A stretch of DNA of 63,393 nucleotides, the filler included, from Cercozoa sp. M6MM (lineage: Eukaryota; Protista; Endomyxa: Ascetosporea), in NCBI GenBank assembly GCA_040357565.1. It is 10 parts of 10 records of this genome, joined end to end, with 100 filler letters (N's around TTAATTAATTAA, not from the genome) between each part and the next. Parts side by side here need not be neighbours in the genome. Positions count along the whole stretch, not along the records: positions 45,688 to 51,716 come from JBDODJ010000800.1; positions 51,817 to 53,258 come from JBDODJ010002032.1; positions 53,359 to 56,591 come from JBDODJ010001549.1; positions 56,692 to 57,941 come from JBDODJ010002097.1; positions 58,042 to 59,304 come from JBDODJ010002090.1; positions 59,405 to 63,393 come from JBDODJ010001249.1; 4 more parts are not named here. One strand, written 5' to 3'. The position numbers were made by a program, and so were the translations under genes. Positions 48,738-61,235 of the stretch are shown piece after piece (the first letter of the stretch is position 1; each line of letters begins with the position of its first letter). Under the pieces are notes generated by a model. That model saw only the letters and a list, made by a program, of their open reading frames with translations. It had not been told where the DNA came from and searched no databases.

Positions 48738-51716
48738 ATGCTGGCGTTTTTCTTGGCAGTGTTAACAGTGCTGCTAATTAGCGGACATTTTGTGCTGCGC
48801 CGACCTGTGCGGTACTACTGGATGAAGTCGGGTGTGACCGCATTCATTGGCTCCATCTGGTCAGAGTGAATGCTTCGACGCGGTTTCGATTGTTTCGACT
48901 CACCGTGTCGCTAAAGTATCAACGCTTTGGACTGTGTAGCTTTTTCAAGATGATTCTTGTTGTGGCAGGCACCGATGTCTGTGCGTGAACGTGCGAGCTC
49001 ATCTTTCGCACTCGCCGGTTGCGAGAAGCGACAGAAATCCCTCTGGTAGAACCTTGCATCGATCGCAAAAATCTTGCATCTGTTTTGGTCCAGGCGAAAG
49101 CTTTGACATCGTGGGTGTGCTTCATGGCATTCTTCGGTACATTGGCTTGCTTTCATGGAATTCAGACTGTATCGCTTTGTTTTGGCAGCAAGTGGCACTC
49201 GCGACTCAGGTTGCTGCCGTGCCGTGTACGCTTCCGACTGCGACTGTCGATCGAGACGCCTGCAGCAGATCGCTGCGGTAGGATTTGTTTTCACTGTGTC
49301 GAGAGACTCTAGGAGGGACCTTTGGTAGGCGAGGTGGACTGCTCGCTGCTCGTGGGACGCGAGACAGCAACCTGCCATGTGTCTCGTCTGCTGCTGCCAT
49401 GTGCTGGTGTGCAGCTTGAGGTACCTTTTCTCACGTCTTCTCTTTGCTATGTTCACTGAGAACACTGTGTGTGCAGGTACGAAACCTCCAAGTGGACCTG
49501 GCCTTGCCGCCTGTGCGCACACTGGGTCGTTCCGTCGGTACCTCTGCTTCACACAGTCGTGGGTCCGACTTACCCCTGCTGTCCTACAGACACAGACGTC
49601 ACTGAGTATCGTGCACGTGTGCTGACACGTGTCGACTCAATCAGAGTGACGACGGAGGACACTGAAGATGACGTTGAGCGTCGCAGTGGCCACGTGGGCC
49701 TACACGGCACCAGTGTCGACATGCACCTGTCGCTGCAGGCACCTGTAAACGATAAGACCGACTCGTTCCAGTATCTCGACAACAACATTGGCAACAGCAG
49801 CAGCATCAGTATCAACGGCACCAACAAGAGCAACAGAAGCAACAGAAACGGCAGCGGTGAGGAACACTCGGAGAATGTGCAGTTGTTTCTGCAGAAGTTT
49901 CGCGGAAAGTTCGGTGAGATCTCGGGCGAGTTGTCGCTCGAATCGCTACGACGAATCTCCGCGAATCTGCCGCCGAAACACGAAAATTCCGCGAACGTGA
50001 AAACAGACGCAAGTGCCGCGAATTCGTGGATTTTCCGATCGCTGCTGTCGTGTGCGCGGAGTGGTTGTTTCGTCTTTTAGCCGTTTACCCCCCCCCCCCG
50101 TTACCTGTTGTTTTGTGACAGGTGCCTTGCATTGTGAGACACGTGGCATCTCGGGACTGCACCTTGATGACACACTTGTCGTCAGGTGGAACGGCACGCA
50201 GGTGTTTTCTATTCCTTGTATTCTCCTGTACCCCTCTAGCCCCCCTCCCCATTCGACCCCTCCAGATAACGACGACAGAGTCGAAGTGGCAATGTGACAG
50301 TGCGCCGGTGCACTTCCATACCAAAGAGGTACCACCCACCAGGTTGATACACCATCGGTTATTCTGGGTCTGTTAGGCACCGTCACTGTGCGTGCACGTG
50401 CCTTCGATCACTCTGCTGACTGGCAGTGAGAACCGCGCGGAACACGTGCTTGTCCAACGTGTCGAAATCGGCGCGGCCGAGACACTCGACACGGCGCAAG
50501 CTTTCGTTCAGATCGATGGCCTCGTGCTGCATCTGGGTACTTTACCCCCTCCCCTCCTGTTTACCCCCCTGTTTACCCCCCTGTTTACCCCCCCTGTTTA
50601 CCCCCCTGTTTACCCCCCTGTTTACCCTCCTGTTTACCTCCCTGTTTACCCCCCCTGTTTACCCCATTGTTCCCCCCTGTTTACCCCCTGTTTACCCTCT
50701 TGTTATCCCCCCTCAGACGAGAGACGGCCGACGAGCGAGTTCGCGGCGATGCGTTGGACGCTGGACAACATGCGCGCAGTCTACGTAGCCTCCACCACAC
50801 CCTTAACCAGCACACCCTGACCAACACATCCTAAACTGATACCAACACACCCTTAACTGATTGAGTAGGCGGTGCACCACGCTTACAAGCTGCTGAAGCA
50901 CCGAGTGCAGCGACGGCCGCTGCACCGCGATGCGACGCACGTCGAGTTCCCGGCGTGGCTGCGTCTCGATGCCGCCCGCGCGGAGGTCGCCTTCGACCTG
51001 ACGCACATTGCGACGGTACACTACCCTCCCTGTCCCTGGCTCTACATGTACCTGTCTGGGTCCATTTGTACCCTGTGTATTTGTACCCTGTGTATTTGTC
51101 CCTTGTGTATTTTTGCCCTGTGTATTTGTGCCCTGTATTTGTGTCCTGTGTATTTGTGTCCTGTGTATTTGTGTCCTGTGTATTTGTGCCCTGTGTATTT
51201 GTACCCGATGTTGTTTAGTGTATTTTTATGTGTACCTACCCTGAACAGAAGGACGTGCTGACACACGAGCCGGTGAGTGTTGCACTGCGCGAGGCCGCGC
51301 TGACCTTTACCGAACTCGCCTTTAGTTTGGGTGGGTTTACCGCTCCTATTCTCCTGTACCCTCTACCCACCTGTTACCCCCCTCCCCATGCAGAGGCATC
51401 GCAGGCGTCGGTGGGCGTGGGCGCAGGCGCGTCGCACCGGCGAGTGTTGTCGGTGAGCGAGACCGTCTTTGGCGTCGACGGTGCGCGGCGACTGCAGGCG
51501 TCGGCCGACTTTGCGCCATGTGTACCCTGGGATCATCACTGTGTGGGATCATCACTGTGTGGGATCATCACTGTGTGAGGTCACTGGGATCATTACTGAT
51601 CGGTCACGTGAGTGAGTGAGTGTTGATGTCAAACAGGAGTTGTACGACGTCACGTGGACCTGCACCGACGCGCTGCTGTCGCTCGGCGAGGCTGAGGATG
51701 GTTTCACCCCCCCCCC
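48738..51716 (+). CDS. Large N-terminally membrane-anchored, beta-rich protein (possibly bridge-like lipid transfer type), truncated
   Basis: Hydrophobic N-terminus MLAFFLAVLTVLLISG and many exons with alternating beta-strand patterning. The family assignment is only an inference. Confidence 0.4.
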
Positions 51717-52027
51717 NNNNNNNNNNNNNNNNNNNNNNNNNNNNNNNNNNNNNNNNNNNNTTAATTAATTAANNNNNNNNNNNNNNNNNNNNNNNNNNNN
51801 NNNNNNNNNNNNNNNNTGCTGTGTGTCAGTGCTCGTGTTGTGTGTGTGTCAGTGCTCGTGTTGTGTGTGTCAGTGCTCGTGTTGTGTGTGTGCTCGTGCT
51901 GTGTGTAGTGCTCGTGCTGTGTGTAGTGCTCGTGCTGTGTGTATGTGCTCGTGCTGTGTGTATGTGCTCGTGCTGTGTGCACAGAGAAAGACTGAGAGAA
52001 AGAAAGCAAGCAAGAGAGACAAGTAAG

Positions 52028-53258
52028 GAGAAGGAGATGCACCTGATCTCCAAACTCAAGGACTTTTGGCAACGCGGCACGCGAGAGAAGATCGCCACCG
52101 CACTGGCCGCCACCGAGCGCGCCTTGGCGCAGATCCGCGCCGCGCAACGCGAGCTGGGCCGCATCTGTGCGCGACAGGCGGCCGAGCTGGTGCTGCTGCG
52201 ACAGAAGATGCGCGAGTTGCGTCGCAAACTGGGCACTCTGGTGGCACAACAAGCTGCCAGCCTTGCCCTCCGTCGCGGTACACTTGCCTTGTTCTTTGAA
52301 AATCTTTATCTAACATTCCGTTTCTGTCGGGCTGTGTATATGTGTTGCACAGCATATCGGTATGTACAGTATATGTCTATGTGTGCACAGAGTTCCTGAC
52401 ACTCGCAGGCGAACATCCCATGGCCGACCTGCCTGCCAAACGGTGTTTTTCATTCATTTCAGCTTCTTGTGCAAGGGTAGAGGCACTGATGTTTGTGCAC
52501 TGTTGTACAGCTTCACGCGTGTCGTCTCGCGTGTCAGCGGCGAGCTGCAGCGACAAGTGGCCGCCATCAAGCGTGCCCACGAGCAAGAGCAGGCGCTGAC
52601 GCCGTGTGCTGTCCAGGCGCTGGTGCAGGTGCACGTTGAGTTGTGCCTGCTGCAACACAAGCTGCAGAGCACAGTGGTGACAGTGACACACTGTGTCGTT
52701 GTGCCGCACTACAAGGAGTTCGACGAAATCCTGGTCGAACTGGTGCCCGAGTCTGTCAGTGCCAGTGCCTGTGCCGAAGCCAGTATCAGTGCCAGTGCCA
52801 GTGTTACTAGCGTTGTCGTTGACATTAATGTCGACGACACTCCGACTCAAGTGAGTCAAGTCAAGCTCGATCGAGACGACATCAAGCTGCGACAACTCAT
52901 CGAGCACGAATTGGGCGTCGAGTACCTCACGCGCTTTCTGGCCTCTGAGTACTCGCAAGAGAACATCGACTTCTGGCTGGCGTGCCGCCATTTCCAAACT
53001 CTGTTTCATGGGGCCGAGCTAGGTACCACCTATACAACCTTCTCTGTGTACTTATAAATTGTATAGGTTGTACAATACAATTATTTTGTCCTGTGTGTGT
53101 CCTGTGTGCAGAGTGTCCGGCGGACGCAGAGACTGCTCGCATCAAGATCGACGAGGCCGGTCTCAACTACGATGAGATCGCCGCCAAGGCGCAGTGGATC
53201 CTCGACGAGTTCATCTCGACCGATTCGCTGCGCGAGGTCAACATCAAGGACAGCGAGC
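52028..53258 (+). CDS. Coiled-coil plus RGS-domain protein, internal fragment
   Basis: L..LIEHELGVEYLTRFLASEYSQENIDFWLAC..F and A.WILDEFIS.DS.REVNI (RGS consensus). Confidence 0.88.
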
Positions 53259-53358
53259 NNNNNNNNNNNNNNNNNNNNNNNNNNNNNNNNNNNNNNNNNN
53301 NNTTAATTAATTAANNNNNNNNNNNNNNNNNNNNNNNNNNNNNNNNNNNNNNNNNNNN

Positions 53359-54762
53359 AGTAGGTAAGGATAAAGTAGGTAAGGATACAGGAGTAAGGAT
53401 ACAGTAGGTCAGGATACAGTAGGTAAGGATAAAGTAGGGGTAAGGATACAGTAGGGTAGGATAAAGTAGGTAAGGATACAGTAGGCAAGGATACAGTAGG
53501 TAGGGATACAGTAGGCAAGGATTACAGTAGGTAAGGATAAGTAGGGGTAAGGATAAAGTAGGTAAGTAGGGTAAGGATAAAAGTAGGGTAGGATAAAGTA
53601 GGGTAAGGATACAGTAGGGGTAAGGATAAGTGGGGTAAGGATAAAGTAGGTAAGGATACAGTAGGTAAGGATAAAGTAGTAGGTAAGGAGTGTGTATAAA
53701 GCACCTCTTCCTCCTCGACAGTTTCGGCGGCCTGTGGCACCGAGATCTTCGAGATCGGCCGTCTGTCACACACACACACAAAAAGAGTGAGCCCGCAAAA
53801 AAGAGAGCATGCGCGACTAGTGACTGACGCCGTTCCCACGGGAGGAAGGACAGTGCCAATACGGAACTGGATTCAAACGGCGCTAATTAACCGTCGCCAA
53901 TGGATCTGTGTCCTCGCCTCACAAGGGGTGCCCAGGCAGCACTGTCCGATGGAGGTCCCTCACCAGGAGGGTCCACGAACAATGCCACCCAACGAGGGGC
54001 ACCCAACGGGACGACTCACAATAAAAGCCCCAATCAAATGCACTCAAAATACACTCCACAAATTCACCTTCCTCACATCATGGGTCAACAATCAGAACAG
54101 GGGAAATACGAAAAAAAGTCAACTCACTTGTCAACGAAAGTGGGCGCACGCTTCGCAGCAGTCTGCGACAGCGAAAGCATGTCCTCCTGTGCCGAGACTG
54201 ACGAGAGTGACATGGCGCCTGTATAGCAAAAAAAAAAAAGCCATTTTGGTTTTTTGCAAAAAAAAGTGGGGCAAAAAAAAGCGTACCTGGAAGACTAGCC
54301 TGCCGATCGGCAGTGGCATCGACAGCGGCGGATTCGCGCAGCGAATGCATCAAGATATCGCGCACGCCATCGTCCTCTTCGTGCTCCTCGTCGGACTCGA
54401 GGTCAGCGCCAGCAGTTTCCTCGGGCGCACACTGCTGCAGTGCGCGCATCGTGTGCGGCAGAAAGCCGCTGCGCATCTCCTCGGCCAGCACTTTGACACA
54501 AAGTCCATACACAGTCCATCCAAACACACAGACAGTCCATCCAAACACACAGACAGTCCATCCAAACACACAGACAGACACACAGAACACAGACACAGAC
54601 ACAGCTCTCACACACATGACTTGACTGGAGAGCATGATACCAGGCTTGGCCTCCAGCAGCGGTGGCACCAGTGCACGCGGAGCATGCGTGGCCAGTGAGC
54701 GAGGCGCGCGGTGAGCTTGCAGTTTCGGCGGCGACTCTGCACACACACACATGTATATATAT

Positions 54763-54805
<43 letters not shown>

Positions 54806-55660
54806 TATTTATATTTATATAGATGTAAAGATATAAAGAGCACCTGACTGGACCGTAGTTTCGGCAGGCGTTTCGCGCGACAGCAGTTCGGCCAGCATAC
54901 TGGTCTCGGCGGCAGACAGCGGTGCGTCCGACTCCTGGCACCCAGAGGGAGGTAAGACAGACGACGGATACTCTGGAGGTTAGGAGGTACGAGAGCTCTC
55001 ACCTTGCTCTGCAGGATGCCCAGCATGACATCGCGCGAGGTCTGCGAGTGCCTTCTCGACGGACTGTGCACACAGTGCGTCACTCCCGATACTTCAGGGG
55101 AAGAGAAAGGCAGGCGTACACATCCTCATGGTCCGTGGTGCGAGCCACCACGATGGACGACGACACCGGCACCTGCTGCGCCGGCTCCTCCGGCGACCAG
55201 AAACGACCAAACCTAAGAGACTGTCTTTTAAAGAATTCAAGTACTGGTGCTTCTTCCTGTTTGTACCACTTGGTGGCAGACGACACCACCGACGACAGCA
55301 GCTTCGACGCACGACGCTTCAGCGGATCCCATTCACGCGCCTCTGCATTGCACACACTTACAATACAGCGTTCGATACAGCACACACAGACACATGTGAT
55401 ATCGTACATAGTCCGCACACAAACACAACTCACAACAAACACAAACGAGAACAAAAATGCACACACAAAAAAAACCCACAACATTTTGTTTTGTTAAACT
55501 CCTGATTGTGGAAAAGCTGGTCCCATTTTCACCAAGCGTCATCAAGAAATGAGCATAAAAGGAAGCTACCCGGGCGCTCGCGCGACTGCGAGGACGTGAT
55601 AGGCCCGTAGCCCACTGCTCTGCCGGCACCGCGCTTCCGGCCATTCGGCGCCCTCGACAT
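53359..55660 (-). CDS. Uncharacterised protein, 5' part (truncated)
   Basis: Spliced exons include ...AKRAPTFVD|KRPISKISVPQAAETVEEEE. No domain recognised. Confidence 0.45.
53821..54075. ncRNA. Candidate structured intronic RNA (unclassified)
   Basis: Several perfect 7-9 bp complementary pairs with crossing (pseudoknot) topology inside a ~366-nt non-repetitive intron. Confidence 0.35.
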
Positions 55661-55850
55661 TGTCGTTGTAGGGATGCTCACACGCGTGGTCTTGCCTAGA
55701 GCCTCGTTAGGCCTGTATGAAGCTTCTTCTTCAAACACACCCTTAGCGAAAATAATTGCTTAACAAAGAAAAGAGCGCTGGTTTTTTTCTCAACCTCGGC
55801 GACAGCCGCACGTCAGCGCAAGTGTGTGCGTGAATAGAGGAACAACCAGA

Positions 55851-56490
55851 ATGGAGGACGAGAAGTCGCCCTACGTTGATTTCGAGGCAGTGGTGCGCTG
55901 CAATACTAGCATTTTCCTGCTGGGAGGGAATGTGTGTATGAGTCGGTGCTCAGGTGCTCTGTGTGGGTGCGCCGCAACTGCCGGTGTTGGAGACGGATGC
56001 GTCGCCTGTGTCGGTACGATAAAGTGAGGCTGTATCGTTGTCTCTGGTGAGGTGAATGACACAGGTGCTTCCGGTCGGCAATCGCACTGTGCTCGAGCAC
56101 CAGGTAGGAACTGTTTAAGTGTGCGTGTGTCGACCCCCTTAACAAAAAACTGCAGGTGCGTATGCTGACGCAATGTGGCGTGCAACGTGTGCACGTGTGC
56201 TGCACGGCTGTCACGGCAAATGCGTTCCGGTTTTACCCCCCCCCCCCCCCCGTGTGACCCCCTCCCTTACCCCCTCTGTACAGAGAGCTTTTGGAGCACC
56301 GACAGATGCCGGAAGTGCACCTGCAAGTGATCGAAGCGTACCATGGCTACAGAATGACCTAAACGCAGCCTTAAATAACCCGAATCACAGCCTTAATCTT
56401 GTGAAAACAGCGAGGACGACGGCTACGTGACGGAGTGCGGCGCGCTGCGCGAACTGCTGCGACGCGATGTTTTTGCGCACAGCACGTCGT
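55851..56490 (+). CDS. eIF2B gamma/epsilon-type nucleotidyltransferase-like subunit, 5' part
   Basis: DFEAVVLC...VLPVGNRTVLEHQVRMLTQCGVQRVHVCC...GALRELL. Confidence 0.65.
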
Positions 56491-56691
56491 ACTGCGTTTT
56501 TACCCCCCTTCTTACCCCCCTACCTCTCTGCTTACTTCCTCTTCTTACCCCCCTTCTTACCCCCCTTCTTACCCCCCCTTCTTACCCCCCTNNNNNNNNN
56601 NNNNNNNNNNNNNNNNNNNNNNNNNNNNNNNNNNNTTAATTAATTAANNNNNNNNNNNNNNNNNNNNNNNNNNNNNNNNNNNNNNNNNNNN

Positions 56692-57941
56692 GGGGGGTAA
56701 AGGGGGGGGGGGTAAAGGGGGGGTAGGGGGGTAGAAGCTCAGCTCTACATGCTCGCATCGCGCCTCGTCGACGGCGGCGCGCGTGAGCAGCTGCCACTCC
56801 ATCGGATCGCCTGTCCACGTGGTCACTCAGGTGGTCACTCAGGTGGTCACATGGGTCACTCACTCAGGTGGTCACATGGGTCACTCAGGTGGTCACATGG
56901 GTCACTGGAAATGAGAGGGGAGGGGGTAACACTACGTGGCAGATTGTCCGGCAGTATCACGGGCAGTGTCACCGACAAGTCTGTCCGTCCGGCCGGACCG
57001 CCTGCGGTCCCACCCGGACCACCACCTCGTGCCGCCAACAAGGCTGTCGGCTCGTGCTGCAGCAGCGTGAACGGCAACGTCGTCACTCAGGTGGTCACTC
57101 AGGTGGTCCACGCGTACCGTCAGTGACCGTCGAGACCGAGCAGCGTAGCCAGGCATCCACGATCGGCGTCAGGGCCGGGTTGTTGCGCATCCACGACAGC
57201 ATGTCGTGCCGCAGCGTTCGCACGAACGCGCCGATCAGCAGCGCCGCCGTCGCCAGCGTGCGCCACTACCCGGGGGGGTAAAGGGGGGGCAGGGGGGTAA
57301 AGGGGGGGGGGNNNNNNNNNNGGGGGGTAAAGGGGGGGGGGGTAAAGGGGGGGTAGGGGGGTAGAAGCTCAGCTCTACATGCTCGCATCGCGCCTCGTCG
57401 ACGGCGGCGCGCGTGAGCAGCTGCCACTCCATCGGATCGCCTGTCCACGTGGTCACTCAGGTGGTCACTCAGGTGGTCACATGGGTCACTCACTCAGGTG
57501 GTCACATGGGTCACTCAGGTGGTCACATGGGTCACTGGAAATGAGAGGGGAGGGGGTAACACTACGTGGCAGATTGTCCGGCAGTATCACGGGCAGTGTC
57601 ACCGACAAGTCTGTCCGTCCGGCCGGACCGCCTGCGGTCCCACCCGGACCACCACCTCGTGCCGCCAACAAGGCTGTCGGCTCGTGCTGCAGCAGCGTGA
57701 ACGGCAACGTCGTCACTCAGGTGGTCACTCAGGTGGTCCACGCGTACCGTCAGTGACCGTCGAGACCGAGCAGCGTAGCCAGGCATCCACGATCGGCGTC
57801 AGGGCCGGGTTGTTGCGCATCCACGACAGCATGTCGTGCCGCAGCGTTCGCACGAACGCGCCGATCAGCAGCGCCGCCGTCGCCAGCGTGCGCCACTACC
57901 CGGGGGGGTAAAGGGGGGGCAGGGGGGTAAAGGGGGGGGGG
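56692..57941 (-). repeat. Identical ~620-bp tandem copies of a 3-exon gene fragment separated by a 10-N gap
   Basis: 56692-57311 equals 57322-57941, and ORF track translations are identical at a 630-nt offset. Probably an assembly artefact. Confidence 0.85.
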
Positions 57942-58117
57942 NNNNNNNNNNNNNNNNNNNNNNNNNNNNNNNNNNNNNNNNNNNNTTAATTAATTAANNN
58001 NNNNNNNNNNNNNNNNNNNNNNNNNNNNNNNNNNNNNNNNNCAGCTTGAGCCCCACAGCTGGAGCCGCCACAGCTTTACCCCCCCCCCCCACTCGTTCAC
58101 CCCCTCGTTAGCCCCCT

Positions 58118-59280
58118 ACCTCAGCACCGAAGCGAGCGAGGAACCAGTCGGCGAGTCGCAGCGGCACGGCGGCGCAGATGCGCCGAAACAGATCCTCGAA
58201 ACGTTGCTGAAGTTGTTGTTGTTGCTGTTGTTGTTTCTGGTGCTGTTGTTGTTGCTGTTGTTTCGACTGCTTGGACAACTCGAGCCACTCGCGGAAACCA
58301 TTGCGCCACAATTGACCCGGAGGGTCTAAAATGTCGCGCGCTTGTCGCTGCGAGTGCGCTTAGTACCTCCTCTTCTCCCCCCAGAAATAAACCACTGTAC
58401 CGGTCGCTTGGCACACCACTCGAGCAGACCGCTTCCTCTGTCCAAGGGGATGGTAAAGGGGTGGGGGGGGGGGGGGGGGGGGTAAAACACACCTCGACAG
58501 CGGTAGCACGGCAAAGGTGCGGATTCGTAGCGTCTGCTGCCGCCGCAACGTCGGCGCCGCCTCGCTCTTCCTGCCTCGGGGGGGGGGGGGGGGGATAGGG
58601 TAGTAAGATGAGGGTAAGGGGGTAGGGGAGTAAGGGAGGAAGGAGGTAGGGGAGTCAGGGGGTAGGGGAGTCAGGGGTAGGGGAGTCAAGGGGTAGGGGA
58701 GTCAGGGGTAGGGGAGTAAGGGGGAGGGGAGTAAGGGGGTAGGGGAGTAAGGGGGAGGGCAATGGGTAGGGGGTTGTCTACCTCGCCAGCAGCGAGTTGA
58801 CGAGACAGTTGAACTGCATCATGCGACTGTTCTTGCGCATGTCGCCGCCCTTCTCGCACTTGGCCAAGAAACGCACCTCGCGCTCCCTCTCGCTCACCAG
58901 CGTCAGCACCTGTTAGGGGAGGGGGTAGGGGGGTAACGGAGTAGGGATAGGGAGTAGGAGGCAGACCTTGGGCGCCTCCTTGGACCGCATCACCTGCACC
59001 TTGTCGCGCACGCCGCGGAAGCCTGAATTGTACCAACGTCCGTAGGCCCCCTATACCCCTATTTACCCCCCTCCCCAGAGAGTGTACTGGGAAAAGTGTC
59101 GCGCATTAATTCGAGCAGTTCTTGCTGCGTGCCCTGGCCACGCATCGGAGCAGTTATACCCCCCTGCTTACCCCTCTCCTAATTGCACAGGTACCTCGCC
59201 GTCCTGATGAAAGCGAGCGCACACGTTGAGCGCAGTGGCTACACAACACACACACAACACACACGTGTCGACATAACCTG
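58118..59280 (-). CDS. ATR: ATR/Mec1 PIKK kinase, N-lobe fragment
   Basis: V.VMRSKEAPK|VLTL...FLAKCEKGGDMRKNSRMMQFN.LVN.LL; LRIRTFAVLPLS.GSGLLEW; WFL.RF. Confidence 0.8.
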
Positions 59281-59447
59281 AAGGAGGGAGTCGGGAGGGG
59301 GGTANNNNNNNNNNNNNNNNNNNNNNNNNNNNNNNNNNNNNNNNNNNNTTAATTAATTAANNNNNNNNNNNNNNNNNNNNNNNNNNNNNNNNNNNNNNNN
59401 NNNNCACACACACACACACAGTTAGAGGCACTTGTTTGTTTGTGTTA

Positions 59448-61118
59448 GGCCTTCCTGTTCGTGCACGGTTTCCTCGTGTTTGTCTTCTCTGTGACTATCT
59501 ACGAGGCACTTGGTAACCCCTCATTCTCTTTACTTTGTTAATCCTTGCTACGATGCCGTGTTAGACGAAATCAAGGACAACCCATCGTCAGTGGTGGATT
59601 TGTTCGCGTCAAATGTTCCGACAGCTTGGCGAACCATGGCGTTCTTTGTCATTGTCAAGACTGCTGCACTGCCGATGGCGATGTTGAGGTACCTCCAGTC
59701 TCTTTGTGTGTGCTAACATACAACCTTTCTTGTAGGATTGGACCGCTGTTGAAACACATTGTGCTGTCTGCATTGAGAAAGGGTACTTGTGTGATATTTT
59801 TATATCAAGATATATGCATACCATGGTACTAATTTGTTTCTGCAGTGATGAAGAAACAGAATAAATCGGAGCGCGAAGGTCCGCCGTTGCCGCCGGTGAT
59901 CTTCCGACTCGAGGGTGTCTTTTGCCTGTCTATGTCGTATATGATGTTGCCAGGGAGGTGTACGAGTGTGCTGATGCTTAGACAACGAAGGCAAGGGCGC
60001 CGACTGGCTGCAACTGGCCGACGAGAACAACTGGTGGCTCGAGGTGCCCGAGTGGCTGCTCATCTTCCACATCTCGCTGCTGCTGGCGCCGATTGCCCCG
60101 TATGAGTGTTTTAAGTTCTCCTGTAGTGTAAACAACTAATTGTGTTGCCACAGGCTGATTCTCGTCTTCAGTTCGGCGTACTTTGCGGTGGCACTCGTCG
60201 TGTTCGCGGTGGAACTGACGCACACACGCAAGCCTGTATAGTTGTTTGCTCTCATATTTGTTTAGCTCCTTCTTCTCTATCTCTTTAACTTTGAAACAGG
60301 TACTGCCTTTCGCGGGTGGTACAGTGTGGCTACTGGTGGCACTGTGTGTCACCATTTCGATCTTCTTCTCGCTGCTGGTACTAACGTCCGACCTGCCTTC
60401 CATCTGCTTCATCTGCTCGTTCCCTGATAGGTCTGGATTGCTGTGGTGGCTTCTCGGGCCTCTGGTCACTTGCTTTGTTTCTCCTTCTGGGATTGAAGTG
60501 AGTTAATGAAATGACTGACTTGAAACAACTACAGGTGTGGGTGCCTTGCTGTCGCTCATCGTGCTGGGTTTGGCTGGCATCGCCGTCATCTCCTTGTACA
60601 CTCTGCACCTTGAGCTCTCTTACCCTCATCTGTTCCCTCTCTCTCCTGAAGGGGCGGAGAGATGCGCGCTCGCTTCCTGAAAGCGACGCAAGCGATGCCA
60701 CTCGACGTTGTTGCTCGACTCGACCGCTGTCAGCGTCGGCAGCGCACCATCATGTTGGAGGAGGGTATCTGGTTCCCGCACCCCCGCCTTTACCCCTGGT
60801 ACTGTGCTCTGTCCACGCAGAAGAGAAGGAGCCCGAGCAACCGCGTATCGAAGGCGAATTCGAGCGTCCAGAACTGCCGCTTTGGCGAGTGATTTTGCGC
60901 GACAGTACTCTTTCTTTGTGTTTGAATTTTCCCTCTTTGTTCCGCTTGATTCTCTTTTCGGACTGCAGTGTCGGAGTGGCAACACAAATACCGCCACTAC
61001 GTCCACGACGAACCAGCTGCGCCGCAAAATGAAGTTTCCGATAGCGAAGCGCACCGATATGACACATTTGACTAACAACTGTGCTGTAGCTGTATCGCAT
61101 CTTGCCGTTCAGTTTTAA
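59448..61118 (+). CDS. OSCA/TMEM63 (CSC1/RSN1) channel, 3' part
   Basis: LFASNVP....FF; L|RIGPL; LLIFHISLLLAPIAP|LILVFS.AYF; AGG.VW; MPLDVVARLD; F.RPEL. 3' end is approximate. Confidence 0.75.
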
Positions 61119-61235
61119 TTATTAAGTCGGCGTTGGGTGCAATAATTGCATGCAAAGTTTGGCGTTTTGCACTTTGTTTGCGCGGTTAGGTGTGCCAAAG
61201 CCAAACACCACAGTGTGAACACATATTGAACTCCA

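Noticed and set aside
50540-50715. TTTACCCC tracts as telomeres or a CRISPR array
   Set aside because: The tracts are irregular, internal to introns and lack unique spacers, and there are no cas genes.
56692-57941. Tandem exon-block duplication
   Set aside because: The copies are identical, flanked by poly-G and split by a 10-N gap, which is typical of a scaffolding artefact.
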